A DNA stretch of 61,897 nucleotides from SAR202 cluster bacterium (GCA_008373165.1 RQOU01000073.1:1-61897), one strand, 5' to 3'; counted from the first letter of the stretch, positions 1-11,238 are shown. Translations and numbers: made by a program. The notes: a model not told the origin generated them from the letters alone.

Positions 1-495
1 CTTTTGATGTCACTTTTCGATCCCGCTGGCGTTCAATTATGTATCAGTGCGGGTATCGGTTCTACCATAACTCTCAAGGTAGGTGCCGGTACTGATGATC
101 TTCACGGTGAGCCGGTTGAAATTACAGGTTATGTCCGGGTCATAACCGACGGGAAATTTGAGGAATCAGGAGCCGTTCATGGTGGGATGCGATTCTGGGA
201 TTATGGACCGTCGGTTGCCTTAGACACGGAGGATGGCCACACGATAGTTCTGCACACAGTTCGAGGTGTGGGCAACATGAGTCGCCAGCAGTATTACTAT
301 ATGGGCATATTCCCGGAAAAGTACAGAGTGGTTATCTGCAAGGGTACGGTCTCGCCTAGAGCCGCTTACGAGCCGATTGCTCGTGAGATTATCGTGTCTG
401 ATAGCCCTGGTGTAACAAGTGCCAATATGGAGAGCTTTTCATTTGTGAACAGGCGTCAACCACTTTATCCGCTCGAAGCCGACACTAAGTTTTAG
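1..495 (+). CDS. M81/MlrC-family metallopeptidase, C-terminal part (5'-truncated by window edge)
   Basis: Frame is open from base 1. MlrC C-terminal-like segments (DPAGV..AGIG, GIFPEKYRVVICKG, DSPGVTS, RQPLYPLE). Confidence 0.75.
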   Translation, partial: LLMSLFDPAGVQLCISAGIGSTITLKVGAGTDDLHGEPVEITGYVRVITDGKFEESGAVHGGMRFWDYGPSVALDTEDGHTIVLHTVRGVGNMSRQQYYYMGIFPEKYRVVICKGTVSPRAAYEPIAREIIVSDSPGVTSANMESFSFVNRRQPLYPLEADTKF

Positions 496-498
496 TAA

Positions 499-2247
499 TT
501 ATTGTTGAAATTTTGTTTGTTTCTGCATTTTTGATCTGAGCATTTTTGTTGCATTGCGGTCGATCTTGTTTTCGCCTTCGGATATAACCACGCCATATTC
601 GCTTTTTGCCGCTTGAATTGACACCCGGTCATCAATCACGTCATCCAGCACCCTGGAAGGATCTCGTTCTATCGGGTTACCCCATCCACCACCACCGGCC
701 ATCTTATGGCGGATCACTCCATTGCTAGGTAATTCGACTTGAGCGAGTGTGGGTAGTATCTTTTCCTCATGTCCCGGATTAAGAATATTCATAGAGGGTG
801 ATCCGCTCGATCCTCCCTGCAGTCCATATGGGGGGAATTTTCTTTTGTCTGAACGGAGTTGAAGGGTAGCCTTTCCGCCGATATTGGTGATCTGTTTGAC
901 ATATGATTGCGCTCCCCTGAATTTACCAGCGCCGCCGGAATCCTGAATTAACGCGTATTCATCCACAACGATCGGGTTTTCAACTTCCAGAATTTCGACT
1001 GGGGAACCGGCGAGGTTGGATGCCGGGTGAGAAACGCCCTCTGATCCGTCGCTTTTGGGCCCTCCACCACGAGCTCCTCCGAAAAAATCAACCAGTGCGT
1101 ATGGGCTGCCATCAGATCGGGTTCCTCCGATGCTGATTAGTGTATTACCACCTTCTCCATCCGCCGGAACTCTATCTGGCATTGCCTGGGCTAGTGCACC
1201 GAGGACGGCGTCCATGGTACGGAATCCTGTGATCCCTCTGGCTGCAACAGGAGCAGGGTGTACCGGGTTTACAACGGTACCTTCAGGCACGCTGATGTGT
1301 ATCGGTCGGTGGTATCCGGCTGCATTAGGTATATCTGGATCCATGATTAGTCTTACGGCACCGTAGATGGCTGCGCGTGTAAATGGTATCGGGGAGTTAA
1401 TCCCTGCTGGGACCTGAGGGGAAGACCCGTTGAGGTCAACAAATATTTCGTCTCCATCTATTTTGATTTTTACAGCGATTCTGACCGGTCCTTCTTTGAT
1501 GTTATCCGCATCAATGAAATCTTCAAATTTGAAAGTTCCATCTGGTAAAGCTTTGATTTCACTGCGAGCGCGCTGTTCACTGTAATCAAGGAGAGTGTCG
1601 AAGTATTCGCTGAGATTGTCTGCACCATATCTGTCGATTAGCTCAAGTACAGCCCGTTCTCCTATATCGCATGCCGCAAGCTGTGATCTCATGTCACCTC
1701 GTACCTGGATTGGCAGCCTGACGTTGGTAGCGATGAAATCGAACACAGCTTCATTTGGCTCACCTGCGTCGTACAGTTTGGAAGTTGGAATTCTGAGCCC
1801 TTCCTGGTATATGTCAGTTGATTCCGTCGAGTTGCTGCCGGGTACCAGTCCACCTATGTCAGCCTGATGTGCTACGACTCCAACGAACCCACGCAGGGAG
1901 TCTGTCGCAAATATGGGTTTGATGATGTAGACGTCTGGTAGATGTATGCCTCCGGATGTATATGGGTCATTTAAAATAAATACATCACCTGGTTTGATAC
2001 GGTTATCGAACTTGGTCAGTACAGAGTTGATGGCTGCAGGAAATGAACCCAGGTGCAGCATGATCGTAAGACCCTGGGCAATGACCTGTCCGTCTGCTGC
2101 GCAAAATGCGGTTGAATAGTCCAGAGCGTCCCTTACTACTCCCGAGTAGGCTGTTCGCATTACAGTAATGGCCATTTCGTCCACCATCGAATCGAGACCA
2201 TTCCGAACGACCTCAAATGTAATGGGATCTATCTGATCGTTAATCAA
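499..2247 (-). CDS. Hydantoinase B / 5-oxoprolinase family subunit
   Basis: DPITFEV N-terminus, NDPYTSGGIHLPD, HQADIGG, EGLRIP, GGGGWGNP. Confidence 0.92.
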   Translation of the reverse strand: MINDQIDPITFEVVRNGLDSMVDEMAITVMRTAYSGVVRDALDYSTAFCAADGQVIAQGLTIMLHLGSFPAAINSVLTKFDNRIKPGDVFILNDPYTSGGIHLPDVYIIKPIFATDSLRGFVGVVAHQADIGGLVPGSNSTESTDIYQEGLRIPTSKLYDAGEPNEAVFDFIATNVRLPIQVRGDMRSQLAACDIGERAVLELIDRYGADNLSEYFDTLLDYSEQRARSEIKALPDGTFKFEDFIDADNIKEGPVRIAVKIKIDGDEIFVDLNGSSPQVPAGINSPIPFTRAAIYGAVRLIMDPDIPNAAGYHRPIHISVPEGTVVNPVHPAPVAARGITGFRTMDAVLGALAQAMPDRVPADGEGGNTLISIGGTRSDGSPYALVDFFGGARGGGPKSDGSEGVSHPASNLAGSPVEILEVENPIVVDEYALIQDSGGAGKFRGAQSYVKQITNIGGKATLQLRSDKRKFPPYGLQGGSSGSPSMNILNPGHEEKILPTLAQVELPSNGVIRHKMAGGGGWGNPIERDPSRVLDDVIDDRVSIQAAKSEYGVVISEGENKIDRNATKMLRSKMQKQTKFQQ

Positions 2248-4360
2248 GTTTCACTTCCAGATCTGTATTGATCATGATGATGTTGCCTGTTTGGTCGATA
2301 TGAACTGATGTGTCTGGAGGAACCAGTGTAGTTGAGTCATACTCCTCGATTATTAAAGGGCCATGAGTGATTGAGTTTGTAAGCCCTCCTCGATCAATCA
2401 CGGGCGTTAGCATCCATCCGTTCTGTTTACCAAAATATGCGTTCCTGGGCGGTTTTTTATCTTCTGTTTCATTCACTGACTTGGGTACTATTCTGTCTGA
2501 ATCGATCCTGTAAGTGGATCTGATTGTGACAAGATCGACTGGTTCATCCGATGCGCGTCGTCCGTATGTTCGTTCGTGTTCGATGTGGAATCTTTCAACG
2601 ATGAAATTGGCCAGATCATCATCTGGTCTGGCGTTCGCATTTACAGTCAGTTCATATGCCTGACCCCGATATCGCAGATCAGCTGTTCTTGACCAGGAGC
2701 CAATTACATCTTTGCCTAGGTCTTCGGTTCTTAGCCGTTCGATTGATGATGACTCAAGTTCATTAAAGGCGTTGATAATTTTGTCCGCACCTTCGCTCAT
2801 GGGATCAGTGATCATTGTTCTCGAGAAGCCGTATTCAGGTAATGCTTCTAGTAGTCCGAGTGCCGAGAATACTCCGGGAGACGCGGGGACGATGATTTGT
2901 CTAATACCAAGCGACCGGGCCATTTCGGCTGCGTGAAGTGGGCCACTGCCGCCGAACGCCATCAATGTGAATTCTCTCGGGTCGCGCCCCCTGTATGTTG
3001 TTACTGACTTGATCGCTCTGATCATCGTAGTGTTTGCTACAGCGTAAACCCCGTAAGCTGCATCATTTGTTTCCAGTTTGAGATGCTCCGCTGCCGAGCG
3101 GTTGAGAGCTACTTTCGCCGCTTCAGAATTAACACTGACTGTTCCGCCGGCTATTGATGTTGGATTAATGTATCCAAGCACCACGTTAGCGTCGGTGACT
3201 GTCGCCTCTGTTCCACCCTGGCTATAGCAAGCCGGTCCTGGTTTTGCTCCCGCTGATTGAGGTCCTACTCTCAAAGACCCTCCGGGATCAACCCGTACGA
3301 TACTTCCTCCTCCTGCCCCTACTTCAGCAATATCAATTACGGGCAGTTTTAGAGCGTGACCCCGGCCTTTAACCAAGCGGTTAGAAAGCTGAATGCCTGC
3401 ACCGACTTCATATTCAGTTGTCAGACTAGGCTTGCCCTGTTCAATCAAAGATGCCTTGGCCGTTGTACCGCCCATGTCAAACGTGATCACGTCCTTCAGC
3501 CCAATTCTGTCTGCAAGGCGGATAGCTTCAACTACGCCGGCCGCAGGGCCCGATTCGATGATCCGTGCCGGAGAACGACGAGCCGCAGCATAGGACATAA
3601 CACCACCATTCGATTGCATGATCGAAATTGGCACCGCCATGTTTGCATGGTCAAGGCGTTTTTGCATTGACTCCAAGTAATTGTCGACAATCGGACCAAT
3701 GTAAGAATTGATTACCGTTGTGCTTGTGCGCTCGTATTCTCTAATTTCTGGTAGTACGTCGATTGATCCGCTTACATATAAATTCGGAAAGCGATTCTTT
3801 ACCGCTTCAACAACTTTGCGTTCATGTATCGGATTAGCGTATGAGTGAAGGAGACATATAGCGATGGCTTCAGGTTGCAGCTGTTCCAGTTTCTCCAGCA
3901 CGGATTCTACCGAGACATCATCGAGTGGTTGCCTGACCGAACCATCCGGCATGATTCGCTCGATTACTTCGAATCTGTGTCGACGCTGTACCAGCGGTTT
4001 GGGTGGAGTGTAGTCCAGCGAAAACAGATCTGGGAATCGCAATCGACGAAATTCTAAAACGTCTCTGAACCCTCTGGTGGTCACCAGTGCAGTTCGTGCT
4101 CCCTGGTTCTCGAGGATAGCGTTTGTAGCAACGGTTGTTCCGTGAATAATTTCGGAGATCAGATCGGAGTTGAGTTTGTTATCTGAAAGAAACGCATCCA
4201 GACCTTCCACAATACCTCGTGAGAAATCTTCCACAGTGCTCGGTACTTTTTGTACAGAGTAATTACCATCAGACCTCAACATAACGAGGTCGGTAAACGT
4301 TCCACCAATGTCCGCCCCCACTCTTATTTGGTCTTTAGTGGTGGACTTGCGCGATTTCAA
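2240..4360 (-). CDS. Hydantoinase A / 5-oxoprolinase family ATP-dependent subunit
   Basis: DIGGTFTD, HGTTVATNA, ESGPAAG, DMGGTT, GAGGGS, GPQSAGA. Overlaps the B subunit by 8 nt. Confidence 0.93.
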   Translation of the reverse strand: MKSRKSTTKDQIRVGADIGGTFTDLVMLRSDGNYSVQKVPSTVEDFSRGIVEGLDAFLSDNKLNSDLISEIIHGTTVATNAILENQGARTALVTTRGFRDVLEFRRLRFPDLFSLDYTPPKPLVQRRHRFEVIERIMPDGSVRQPLDDVSVESVLEKLEQLQPEAIAICLLHSYANPIHERKVVEAVKNRFPNLYVSGSIDVLPEIREYERTSTTVINSYIGPIVDNYLESMQKRLDHANMAVPISIMQSNGGVMSYAAARRSPARIIESGPAAGVVEAIRLADRIGLKDVITFDMGGTTAKASLIEQGKPSLTTEYEVGAGIQLSNRLVKGRGHALKLPVIDIAEVGAGGGSIVRVDPGGSLRVGPQSAGAKPGPACYSQGGTEATVTDANVVLGYINPTSIAGGTVSVNSEAAKVALNRSAAEHLKLETNDAAYGVYAVANTTMIRAIKSVTTYRGRDPREFTLMAFGGSGPLHAAEMARSLGIRQIIVPASPGVFSALGLLEALPEYGFSRTMITDPMSEGADKIINAFNELESSSIERLRTEDLGKDVIGSWSRTADLRYRGQAYELTVNANARPDDDLANFIVERFHIEHERTYGRRASDEPVDLVTIRSTYRIDSDRIVPKSVNETEDKKPPRNAYFGKQNGWMLTPVIDRGGLTNSITHGPLIIEEYDSTTLVPPDTSVHIDQTGNIIMINTDLEVKLD

Positions 4361-4437
4361 TCGAATTAATCCTCATTATCGATTTGAGAGTGCATGATCG
4401 AATAGGCACATTGATCAATAGACTCTAAAACTAAGTG

Positions 4438-5535
4438 CTATCTGAACTTCCCTCGACCGGCGACTTCGATCACATCTTCAAGGATTCCATTTCGAACGCA
4501 AAAATAGTGATCATGGATGTTGATTGTTGTGCCTGCGTGACTGGGAAGCAGGTGTACAACATCGCCATGCTTTAGTTTTTGGGCGGATCCTGTTAAAGAA
4601 AGTGTGCCGTGTTCTTCGGAGAGTTTTGTAAATTCGGCTCCGTCGAGACCCAAGACACGGGGTGGTCCGTAATCATTTGCAATAGATTTAAGTCCTACAT
4701 CAAGTATTGCTCGATCAGGTACGGGTCTACTGATTACTTGGGTCATAATCGTTAGTGCGGGCCGGAAAGATAATTTTTGGTCAACGTATTGACCGTCCAT
4801 GAAGATATAGCTGCCGGCCTGTACTTCGGTTACTTCGGGAACTTTACAGGTGATGTCGTGGGTGCTCGTACCTCCCGCGCTAACTGTTTCTATAGGTAGC
4901 CCTGCCGCGTTAACCTCAGATACTGCGTATTGCAGCTTTTCCAGTGCTTCAAGCGTTTCGGGAATACGTTCATCGCCAAAGCCAAATACGTGGCCTTCGT
5001 ACCCGTTCAAGCCTGCGAAGTGCAGGGCGGGTAACTTGTCAACGATCTTCGCTAGTGTGGTTGTCGGTTCTCCAGGTTCGACTCCGCAACGGTTTATTCG
5101 AATGTTGACATCTACGAGGACCCCAATTTCTGATTGTGCGGAAACGGCAGCTTCAGATATCTCACGTGCGTTTTCGGCGTTATCCACCACTACTTTAATC
5201 GACGCATGACGCGCTAGTGCTGCCAGGCGATTGATTTTGGAAACGCTGACTATCTCGCTGGTGATAAGTATGTCGTTGACTCCGCCTTCTACCAGCACTT
5301 CCGCTTCTCCGACTTTTGCACAACATACGCCAATGGCACCAGCTTCGATCTGCTTCAGCGCCCAGTAAGGGCTTTTTGTTGTCTTGGTATGCGGACGCAT
5401 TGATCCTCCACCTGATGCAACGACCTGTTGCATGTCGCGGATGTTGGCTTCAGCTGCATCTAGATCTACGATCATTGCAGGGGTATCGATTAATTCCACA
5501 GGGGTGCCTGGTGCAGGTAAGAATTCAACAGTCAT
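4438..5535 (-). CDS. DSD1-family fold-type III PLP enzyme (D-threonine aldolase / D-serine dehydratase-like)
   Basis: DTPAMIVD, RPHTKTTK (PLP lysine), GYEGH, GGTST, QAGSYIFMD, SEEHG. Confidence 0.85.
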   Translation of the reverse strand: MTVEFLPAPGTPVELIDTPAMIVDLDAAEANIRDMQQVVASGGGSMRPHTKTTKSPYWALKQIEAGAIGVCCAKVGEAEVLVEGGVNDILITSEIVSVSKINRLAALARHASIKVVVDNAENAREISEAAVSAQSEIGVLVDVNIRINRCGVEPGEPTTTLAKIVDKLPALHFAGLNGYEGHVFGFGDERIPETLEALEKLQYAVSEVNAAGLPIETVSAGGTSTHDITCKVPEVTEVQAGSYIFMDGQYVDQKLSFRPALTIMTQVISRPVPDRAILDVGLKSIANDYGPPRVLGLDGAEFTKLSEEHGTLSLTGSAQKLKHGDVVHLLPSHAGTTINIHDHYFCVRNGILEDVIEVAGRGKFR

Positions 5536-5632
5536 TGGATTTATAGATGTTTCACTTGGGATTGATTCACGTAATTTGCGATTGTGAAGTTTAGCTCAGA
5601 CTACGCGCTGATCAGTGATAATTAGGACTTAA

Positions 5633-6481
5633 TCAGAGTGGGCTTTGCCGTTTTCGTAAAATCTGTCCGAAGAAAGCGTTCAGCAAAGTTACAAATTCTT
5701 TCGGTTTTTCATTGTGCATTCCATGCCCTACATCGTCCCACTTTACGTATCTACCATTCTCGAGAAGTTCATCTGCTCGGCTGGCCTCAACGTCTCTTAG
5801 TGCTCCCCCTTTATCGGGGTTTGCCTGCATCAAAAGGGTGGGGGCTTTTATGGCCTGGAGCACTTCGTCGGGGTTCCACTTTTCATGGATTTGACCGCTG
5901 ATTGCGGCATCCCATACCCCGGGGTCTGCCCTGTTAACGGCTTGTGCTCTGGTAAATATTGCTTCGTCGGAAGACTCGGGGTCGATCTTGCGCAGTTCAA
6001 CTGCTGTTCCGCGTTCATCAAGGTTTTGTTTTCTTATATCAAGCACGGCCTGGAATATTGGGGCGAAGTTCGATTCATCAAACCATTCACTAATATAAAG
6101 TGGCGGGTCTTCCAGCGCAGCTGCTATTACCATCTCTGGCTTTCTGGCACAGAGTTCAGCCGCTGTGATACCACCCAATGAGTGTCCGACCACGTATACA
6201 GGTTGCTTGATGACTTCCTGGATGAATTCAATCACTTCTAATTGATAATCAATAAATGCGTACTTGTTTGGAACCCAACCCGAGTCGCCATGGCCACGGA
6301 GATCGATAGCGTGGACGTGCCATGTATCAGCGAACTGATCTATGACCGATTCCCAATTCACCCATCTGCCTCCCAATCCATGGAGGAGAATCATTGGAGG
6401 ACCGTTTTGTTGACCCTCAGCGTAGTTTAACTTGATGGTCTTGCATGAGAATTGTTTTTCTAAATATTTTTTCGACACCAT
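5633..6481 (-). CDS. Alpha/beta fold hydrolase
   Basis: LLHGLGG, DLRGHGDS, GHSLGG nucleophile elbow, C-terminal GHGMH. Start moved to ATG 6481 to remove the overlap with the upstream gene. Confidence 0.88.
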   Translation of the reverse strand: MVSKKYLEKQFSCKTIKLNYAEGQQNGPPMILLHGLGGRWVNWESVIDQFADTWHVHAIDLRGHGDSGWVPNKYAFIDYQLEVIEFIQEVIKQPVYVVGHSLGGITAAELCARKPEMVIAAALEDPPLYISEWFDESNFAPIFQAVLDIRKQNLDERGTAVELRKIDPESSDEAIFTRAQAVNRADPGVWDAAISGQIHEKWNPDEVLQAIKAPTLLMQANPDKGGALRDVEASRADELLENGRYVKWDDVGHGMHNEKPKEFVTLLNAFFGQILRKRQSPL

Positions 6482-6491
6482 TTTTTTACTA

Positions 6492-7319
6492 TTATTCGTC
6501 CGAGAATCGTCGAACTGCACGGATGAAATCGTGGTTACGGGCGATATGGGGTGAATGACCGACTTTGGGCCAGTAGAGAACTCGTGAGTTTGGTATCAGT
6601 CCGGCGATACGTGCAGTTTCTTTTTCTGAGAGGATTCCACCTTCAACCACGGATCCGTTTATGATCAGGGTCGAGGATTTTATGTTGCGGAAAATTTCGT
6701 CGAAGGTTTCCGTTTCTTCTGACGAACTGACCGGGGCCTCCTCTAATCCGGGATCCATCTGAAACCACATATGAGCAATGCGTTTGATGCTGTCTTCAGA
6801 AACTCCCGGGTACTGTTTTGAAACCGCAAGAGATAGATCTTCAGGTCTGCATGCGTTCCGGATCTGTTTTGCTCTAAGGCTACGCTGTTCAGGAGGTCGT
6901 TTCGCTGCCTGTTTGCGTACTTCGGAATAGACTCCGGAATAGGGTTCCACTAACACTACCTTCGATATCAGTTCGGGACATTGGGCGGATACTGCACTTG
7001 CTACCCATCCTCCGAGTGAATGACCGATAATCATTATCGGTTTTGAAGTGATTATTTTGATTGCCGATATCACATCATCCGCCCATGTCTGGCGAACGGA
7101 ATTCCGGCCATAACGCCCGGATCTGCCCATCCCTCTTAAATCCAGAGCAAACAGGTGAAAGGACCTCGAAAGTTTATCGGTTACACGGCCCCAGGTTTGC
7201 GAGTTTGACCCGTATCCATGTAAAAGCAGTATTGGCGGTGCATTTGGTGTCGGCGCAGCCCACTCAGACAGATTTAGTGCGATTTTGCCTGTGTGGATAT
7301 ACCGTTCGGTGAGTTTCAT
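6492..7319 (-). CDS. Alpha/beta fold hydrolase
   Basis: LLHGYG, DLRGMGRS, GHSLGG, GHSPH. Confidence 0.88.
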   Translation of the reverse strand: MKLTERYIHTGKIALNLSEWAAPTPNAPPILLLHGYGSNSQTWGRVTDKLSRSFHLFALDLRGMGRSGRYGRNSVRQTWADDVISAIKIITSKPIMIIGHSLGGWVASAVSAQCPELISKVVLVEPYSGVYSEVRKQAAKRPPEQRSLRAKQIRNACRPEDLSLAVSKQYPGVSEDSIKRIAHMWFQMDPGLEEAPVSSSEETETFDEIFRNIKSSTLIINGSVVEGGILSEKETARIAGLIPNSRVLYWPKVGHSPHIARNHDFIRAVRRFSDE

Positions 7320-7334
7320 GCGGCAAAGCTCGAA

Positions 7335-8207
7335 CTAGCCAAGTACTTCCTTCATTTTTGCACCGATTAATGCAGGCGATTCAGCGATATGTACCCCGGC
7401 CTCCGCGAGTGTTTTGATCTTTTCAGAAGCCATAGCTGCCTTGCCGGTGATAATGGCTCCCGCGTGCCCCATACGCTTTCCAGCTGGAGCTGATTGGCCA
7501 GCAATCGCAGCTACGACAGGTTTATTTATGTGTTTTTTGATGTAATCGGCAGCCAGTTGTTCGCGCGTGCCTCCAATTTCACCTATCAAAACGATAGCTT
7601 CGGTTTCCTTATCAGCTTCAAATAGTTCAAGAACATCAGTGAATGTTGTTCCGTGCACAGGGTCTCCACCGATCCCGACGCATGTGGATTGACCCATTCC
7701 ATGTTGGACCAACTGTGCAATTGCTTCGTAGGTAAGAGTTCCAGACCGCGAGACGACACCTACATTACCGGGTTTTACGATATTGCTGGGGATGATGCCT
7801 ACTTTGGCTTTATATCCAGGACTCAATACGCCGGGGCAGTTTGATCCGATTAATCGCGTTGGTTTATCTTTGATGTAGGCCATGACCTTCACCATGTCGA
7901 TTACCGGGACACCTTCTGTGATGCAGACAACGAGTTCCAGCCCTGCATCGACCTGTTCAATTATCGCATCCATAGCAAACGGTGCGGGGACAAATATGAT
8001 TCCGGTGTTTGCCCCCGTTTGGTCTACTGCATCCGCTACTTGTGAAAAGAATGGGACATTGTTTTCGAACTTTTGTCCATTGCGGCCAGGGTGCACTGCC
8101 GCGACCATGTTTGTGCCATATGCAAGGGTTCTACTTGCTTGAAAACTTCCATCTCGGCCGAGGCCCTGAACAAGTAAACGGGTTTCCGAATCAACAAGAA
8201 TTGCCAT
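7335..8207 (-). CDS. sucD: Succinyl-CoA synthetase alpha subunit
   Basis: [34 protein letters not shown] (phospho-His). Confidence 0.97.
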   Translation of the reverse strand: MAILVDSETRLLVQGLGRDGSFQASRTLAYGTNMVAAVHPGRNGQKFENNVPFFSQVADAVDQTGANTGIIFVPAPFAMDAIIEQVDAGLELVVCITEGVPVIDMVKVMAYIKDKPTRLIGSNCPGVLSPGYKAKVGIIPSNIVKPGNVGVVSRSGTLTYEAIAQLVQHGMGQSTCVGIGGDPVHGTTFTDVLELFEADKETEAIVLIGEIGGTREQLAADYIKKHINKPVVAAIAGQSAPAGKRMGHAGAIITGKAAMASEKIKTLAEAGVHIAESPALIGAKMKEVLG

Positions 8208-9385
8208 TAGTTTGAACGCTCAAGTTCTAATAGCTTTTGTTGTAATACATCAGCCGCGCCTGCAAGATCTGTTACAACCGTGATATCAAGGTCGGAGTCT
8301 GTGAGTATCTCGATCCCCTCTTTTGCGTTTGTCCCACGCATGGAAACAACTAATGGCATTTTGGCGGCTGTTTCTGCTGCTGCTGCTACGATACCTGCGG
8401 CCACGACATCTGAACGGGCTATACCCGCAAATAAATTCACCAAGACTATTTCGACATCAGTGTCATCTACTATGATTTTAAACGCTTCCTCGATGCGCTC
8501 CTGATTGGCTGATCCTCCTATGTCAAGAAAGTTCGCCGGATCGGCCCCGGCGTTCTTAGTTATATCCATAGTAGCCATAGCGAGCCCCGCGCCATTGACC
8601 ATGCAGCCAACACGTCCCCCGCTGAGTTTCACATATGCGAGATCGGATTTATAAGCACGTTGTTCCAGAGGGTCCAATTGGTTCGGATCAATTAAATTTG
8701 CTAGCTCTGGGTGACGGAACAATGCATCATCTTCGAGGTTGATCTTAGCGTCCAAGGCTACGATCGCGTTATCCTTCGTTACTACGAGCGGGTTTACTTC
8801 AACAAGTGAACAATCATTTTCAATGAATACTTTGTACAGGTCTATTATTAGTTTCGTAGTTGCTCTTATCGATTCCGATGGAACCTCTAAAGCGATGGCT
8901 AAATCTCTGGCATGATATGGGGAAAGTCCAATTAAGGGATCAGCGATTACTCGGAAGATTTTCTCTGGGGTTGTGGCTGCGACTTCCTCGATATCCATGC
9001 CACCTTCGCTGCTGGCCATCACGACTGGAGCACCTAAATCTCCGTCTATTACGATTGATAGGTAAAGCTCATCTTTGATATCGAGTGTCTCGGCAATCAT
9101 CACCTTCTCAATTGGCACTCCAGTGGGTCCTGTTTGATTGGTAACGAGATGGGTGCCGATCAGCTCCTCTGTGAGTTGGCCTGCCTGTTTAGATGACTCA
9201 ACAAGTTTTACTCCGCCAGCTTTCCCTCGTCCTCCAGCGTGTACTTGTGCTTTAACTACAACGCGTCCACCGATTCGATCTGCAATTTCTATTGCTTCTT
9301 CGGCTGTCGAGGCTACTCCAGAATTTGGGGTAGGCACACCAAATTTTTCGAAGATTTCTTTTGCTTGATACTCGTGTATATTCAC
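8207..9385 (-). CDS. sucC: Succinyl-CoA synthetase beta subunit
   Basis: [44 protein letters not shown] start; stop overlaps the sucD start by 1 nt. Confidence 0.97.
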   Translation of the reverse strand: MNIHEYQAKEIFEKFGVPTPNSGVASTAEEAIEIADRIGGRVVVKAQVHAGGRGKAGGVKLVESSKQAGQLTEELIGTHLVTNQTGPTGVPIEKVMIAETLDIKDELYLSIVIDGDLGAPVVMASSEGGMDIEEVAATTPEKIFRVIADPLIGLSPYHARDLAIALEVPSESIRATTKLIIDLYKVFIENDCSLVEVNPLVVTKDNAIVALDAKINLEDDALFRHPELANLIDPNQLDPLEQRAYKSDLAYVKLSGGRVGCMVNGAGLAMATMDITKNAGADPANFLDIGGSANQERIEEAFKIIVDDTDVEIVLVNLFAGIARSDVVAAGIVAAAAETAAKMPLVVSMRGTNAKEGIEILTDSDLDITVVTDLAGAADVLQQKLLELERSN

Positions 9386-9613
9386 GAATGGGTGTTCACT
9401 TATTCAAGTCCAATTCGATTGAGCGTGCCTTACAAAACAGCTGATCTCAAATGTGTTGTTGCTGCAAGTTATAAATTATCGTACCGAGGGTTACGTGAAG
9501 TGTCCACGACTCTTTGTACAGTGCATCTATACATTGTGTAATTATTGGAGCTTATCGTTAGTTGTAACGATCTAAGATGAATTTTATTTGTTCTGATATT
9601 TTCTTGAAGTTAA

Positions 9614-10594
9614 TTAATCATTCAATGCATCAATCGATTGTAAAACGGCCCTGATATATCCGTAGCAGTAGGCGAACGCAACGGTGGCTGCATTTTCTCC
9701 TGCTACCGCTGGGGCGTGATCTGGCATCAACATGCCTTTGTAACCCACTTCTTTATAGGTTCTGGCTGCCTTCAGCATATCTACGTCGCCTTCATCAGGG
9801 AAAGTCTCTTCAAATTCGAGTTTTTTGCCTGAGATATTTCGGAAATGCACATTGAAAATTTTATCTCTTTTGCCGAACCACCTTATTACATCGAATATTT
9901 CTGTAGATGGATCATCTAGCATCTCTGAAACAGTTCCCTGGCAGAAATTAAGGCCATGAATAGAACTTTCATGCATTTGCACGAACTTTTTCATCCCGTC
10001 GACTGTTCCTAAAACCCTGCTCACTCCACGGTAACCATCAGGGGTGTAGGGGTCATGCGGGTGGCATGCAAGCTTTACTTTATATTCTTCTGCTACGGGT
10101 ACGATGCGTTCGAGGAAATAATCTATGCGTTCCCAGTATTCGTCCGCCGAAACTTCTCCCCATACACCAGGCGGTTCATTTTGGTCGATTTCATTCCAGT
10201 GAAAACTGGAGCGTAATGAACCGCCCCGACCGTATTTGGGTTCGGTTCTGGTAATACCGATGATGAACAAACGGTACTTGACGGCGGGAATCCCCGATTG
10301 ACCACAGGCCCGGATAATGTCTTGGCATATTTCGATCTCTCGGTCACGGTCAGGTGATATACCTAAGGTGATATTCGGAGATTGGTTATCTTCTGGCTTG
10401 GTGCCAATGGGCAGAGCGATCATATCTACAGCAATGCCATAGGATTCGACCTTTTGGCGGTATTTGCTAAGTACATCGGTAGTCCATGTATCTGCACTGC
10501 CCGGGGGGAATCCGTTGATATGGTTGACACCCAATTGTGCAAGTAATTTGTAGTCATTATCACTGTGGATTGGATATTGGGTTCCGACGAACAT
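9614..10594 (-). CDS. UxuA-like (mannonate dehydratase family) TIM-barrel dehydratase
   Basis: FLERIVPVAEEY, HPHDP, NFCQG, VHFRN, DEGDVDM, MPDH. Substrate is not certain. Confidence 0.82.
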   Translation of the reverse strand: MFVGTQYPIHSDNDYKLLAQLGVNHINGFPPGSADTWTTDVLSKYRQKVESYGIAVDMIALPIGTKPEDNQSPNITLGISPDRDREIEICQDIIRACGQSGIPAVKYRLFIIGITRTEPKYGRGGSLRSSFHWNEIDQNEPPGVWGEVSADEYWERIDYFLERIVPVAEEYKVKLACHPHDPYTPDGYRGVSRVLGTVDGMKKFVQMHESSIHGLNFCQGTVSEMLDDPSTEIFDVIRWFGKRDKIFNVHFRNISGKKLEFEETFPDEGDVDMLKAARTYKEVGYKGMLMPDHAPAVAGENAATVAFAYCYGYIRAVLQSIDALND

Positions 10595-10695
10595 TTACCT
10601 GTGCCTGATTGAGATATTTAGTTGACAGATGGTTGTTGTGAGGTAGAAGTTCCATGATCCTCAACGAGCATTCATCTGAATAGTGGGAAAAAATA

Positions 10696-10785
10696 TGGCG
10701 GAGGGGACAGGATTCGAACCTGCGATGCCCTTGCGGACATACTTGTTTTCAAGACAAGCGCATTCAACCACTCTGCCACCCCTCC
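10696..10785 (-). tRNA. tRNA-Ser (anticodon UGA), 90 nt, CCA encoded
   Basis: Minus strand reads GGAGGGGTGGCAGAGTGGTTGAATGCG CTTGT-CT-TGA-AA-ACAAG, then a long variable arm and GGTTCGAATCC...CCCCTCCGCCA. Confidence 0.97.
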
Positions 10786-10981
10786 GCTGACGCTACGACC
10801 TCAGGTCGCGCACCAAATATAAGTCTAATTGTAAATTCTGGTAATCCGAAACAGTGAAATTGTGATTTCTAGTAGCCGACAATAACGTTCAAGTTGATAA
10901 TCTTCGTATCGAATGTTATTTGATCTGTTCTGATGTGGTTATACATGTATTTTCTCTGGTTTGAATTGTTGGAGAGTGATC

Positions 10982-11203
10982 ATGAAACAGGTTCTTGAGT
11001 GGTCAGGAATGTGGATTGTTGCTTTGGGTTTTGTGGTTGCAGGCTTGGGATTGGTGGTGTTGATAGTGACTGAAAATACGTTCTTTTATGGTTTTGGATG
11101 GGCGGTAGTGTTGATTGGTATAGGGGTTCTTTTCTGGTCAGTGCTGCGTGATCGATTGCGAGCTCGAAAGACAGAAGATCTTGATGACGTTGGATTTAAT
11201 TAA
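10982..11203 (+). CDS. Small hypothetical membrane protein (2 TM helices)
   Basis: GGAGAG RBS before ATG 10982, two hydrophobic stretches and a charged tail. Fills the tRNA-polA gap. Confidence 0.7.
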   Translation: MKQVLEWSGMWIVALGFVVAGLGLVVLIVTENTFFYGFGWAVVLIGIGVLFWSVLRDRLRARKTEDLDDVGFN

Positions 11204-11238
11204 TTGCGGTTTGTTACCTGTCGTATTTTGATCCGGAG

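Noticed and set aside
10696-10785. tRNA might be tRNA-Sec (selC), given the selenoprotein and the letters TGA in the anticodon loop
   Set aside because: The anticodon is 5'-UGA-3', which reads UCA serine codons. tRNA-Sec has anticodon UCA and a longer acceptor stem; this one has a standard 7-bp stem.
9614-11203. Genomic island integrated at tRNA-Ser
   Set aside because: No integrase, and I saw no duplicated tRNA 3' end in the window.
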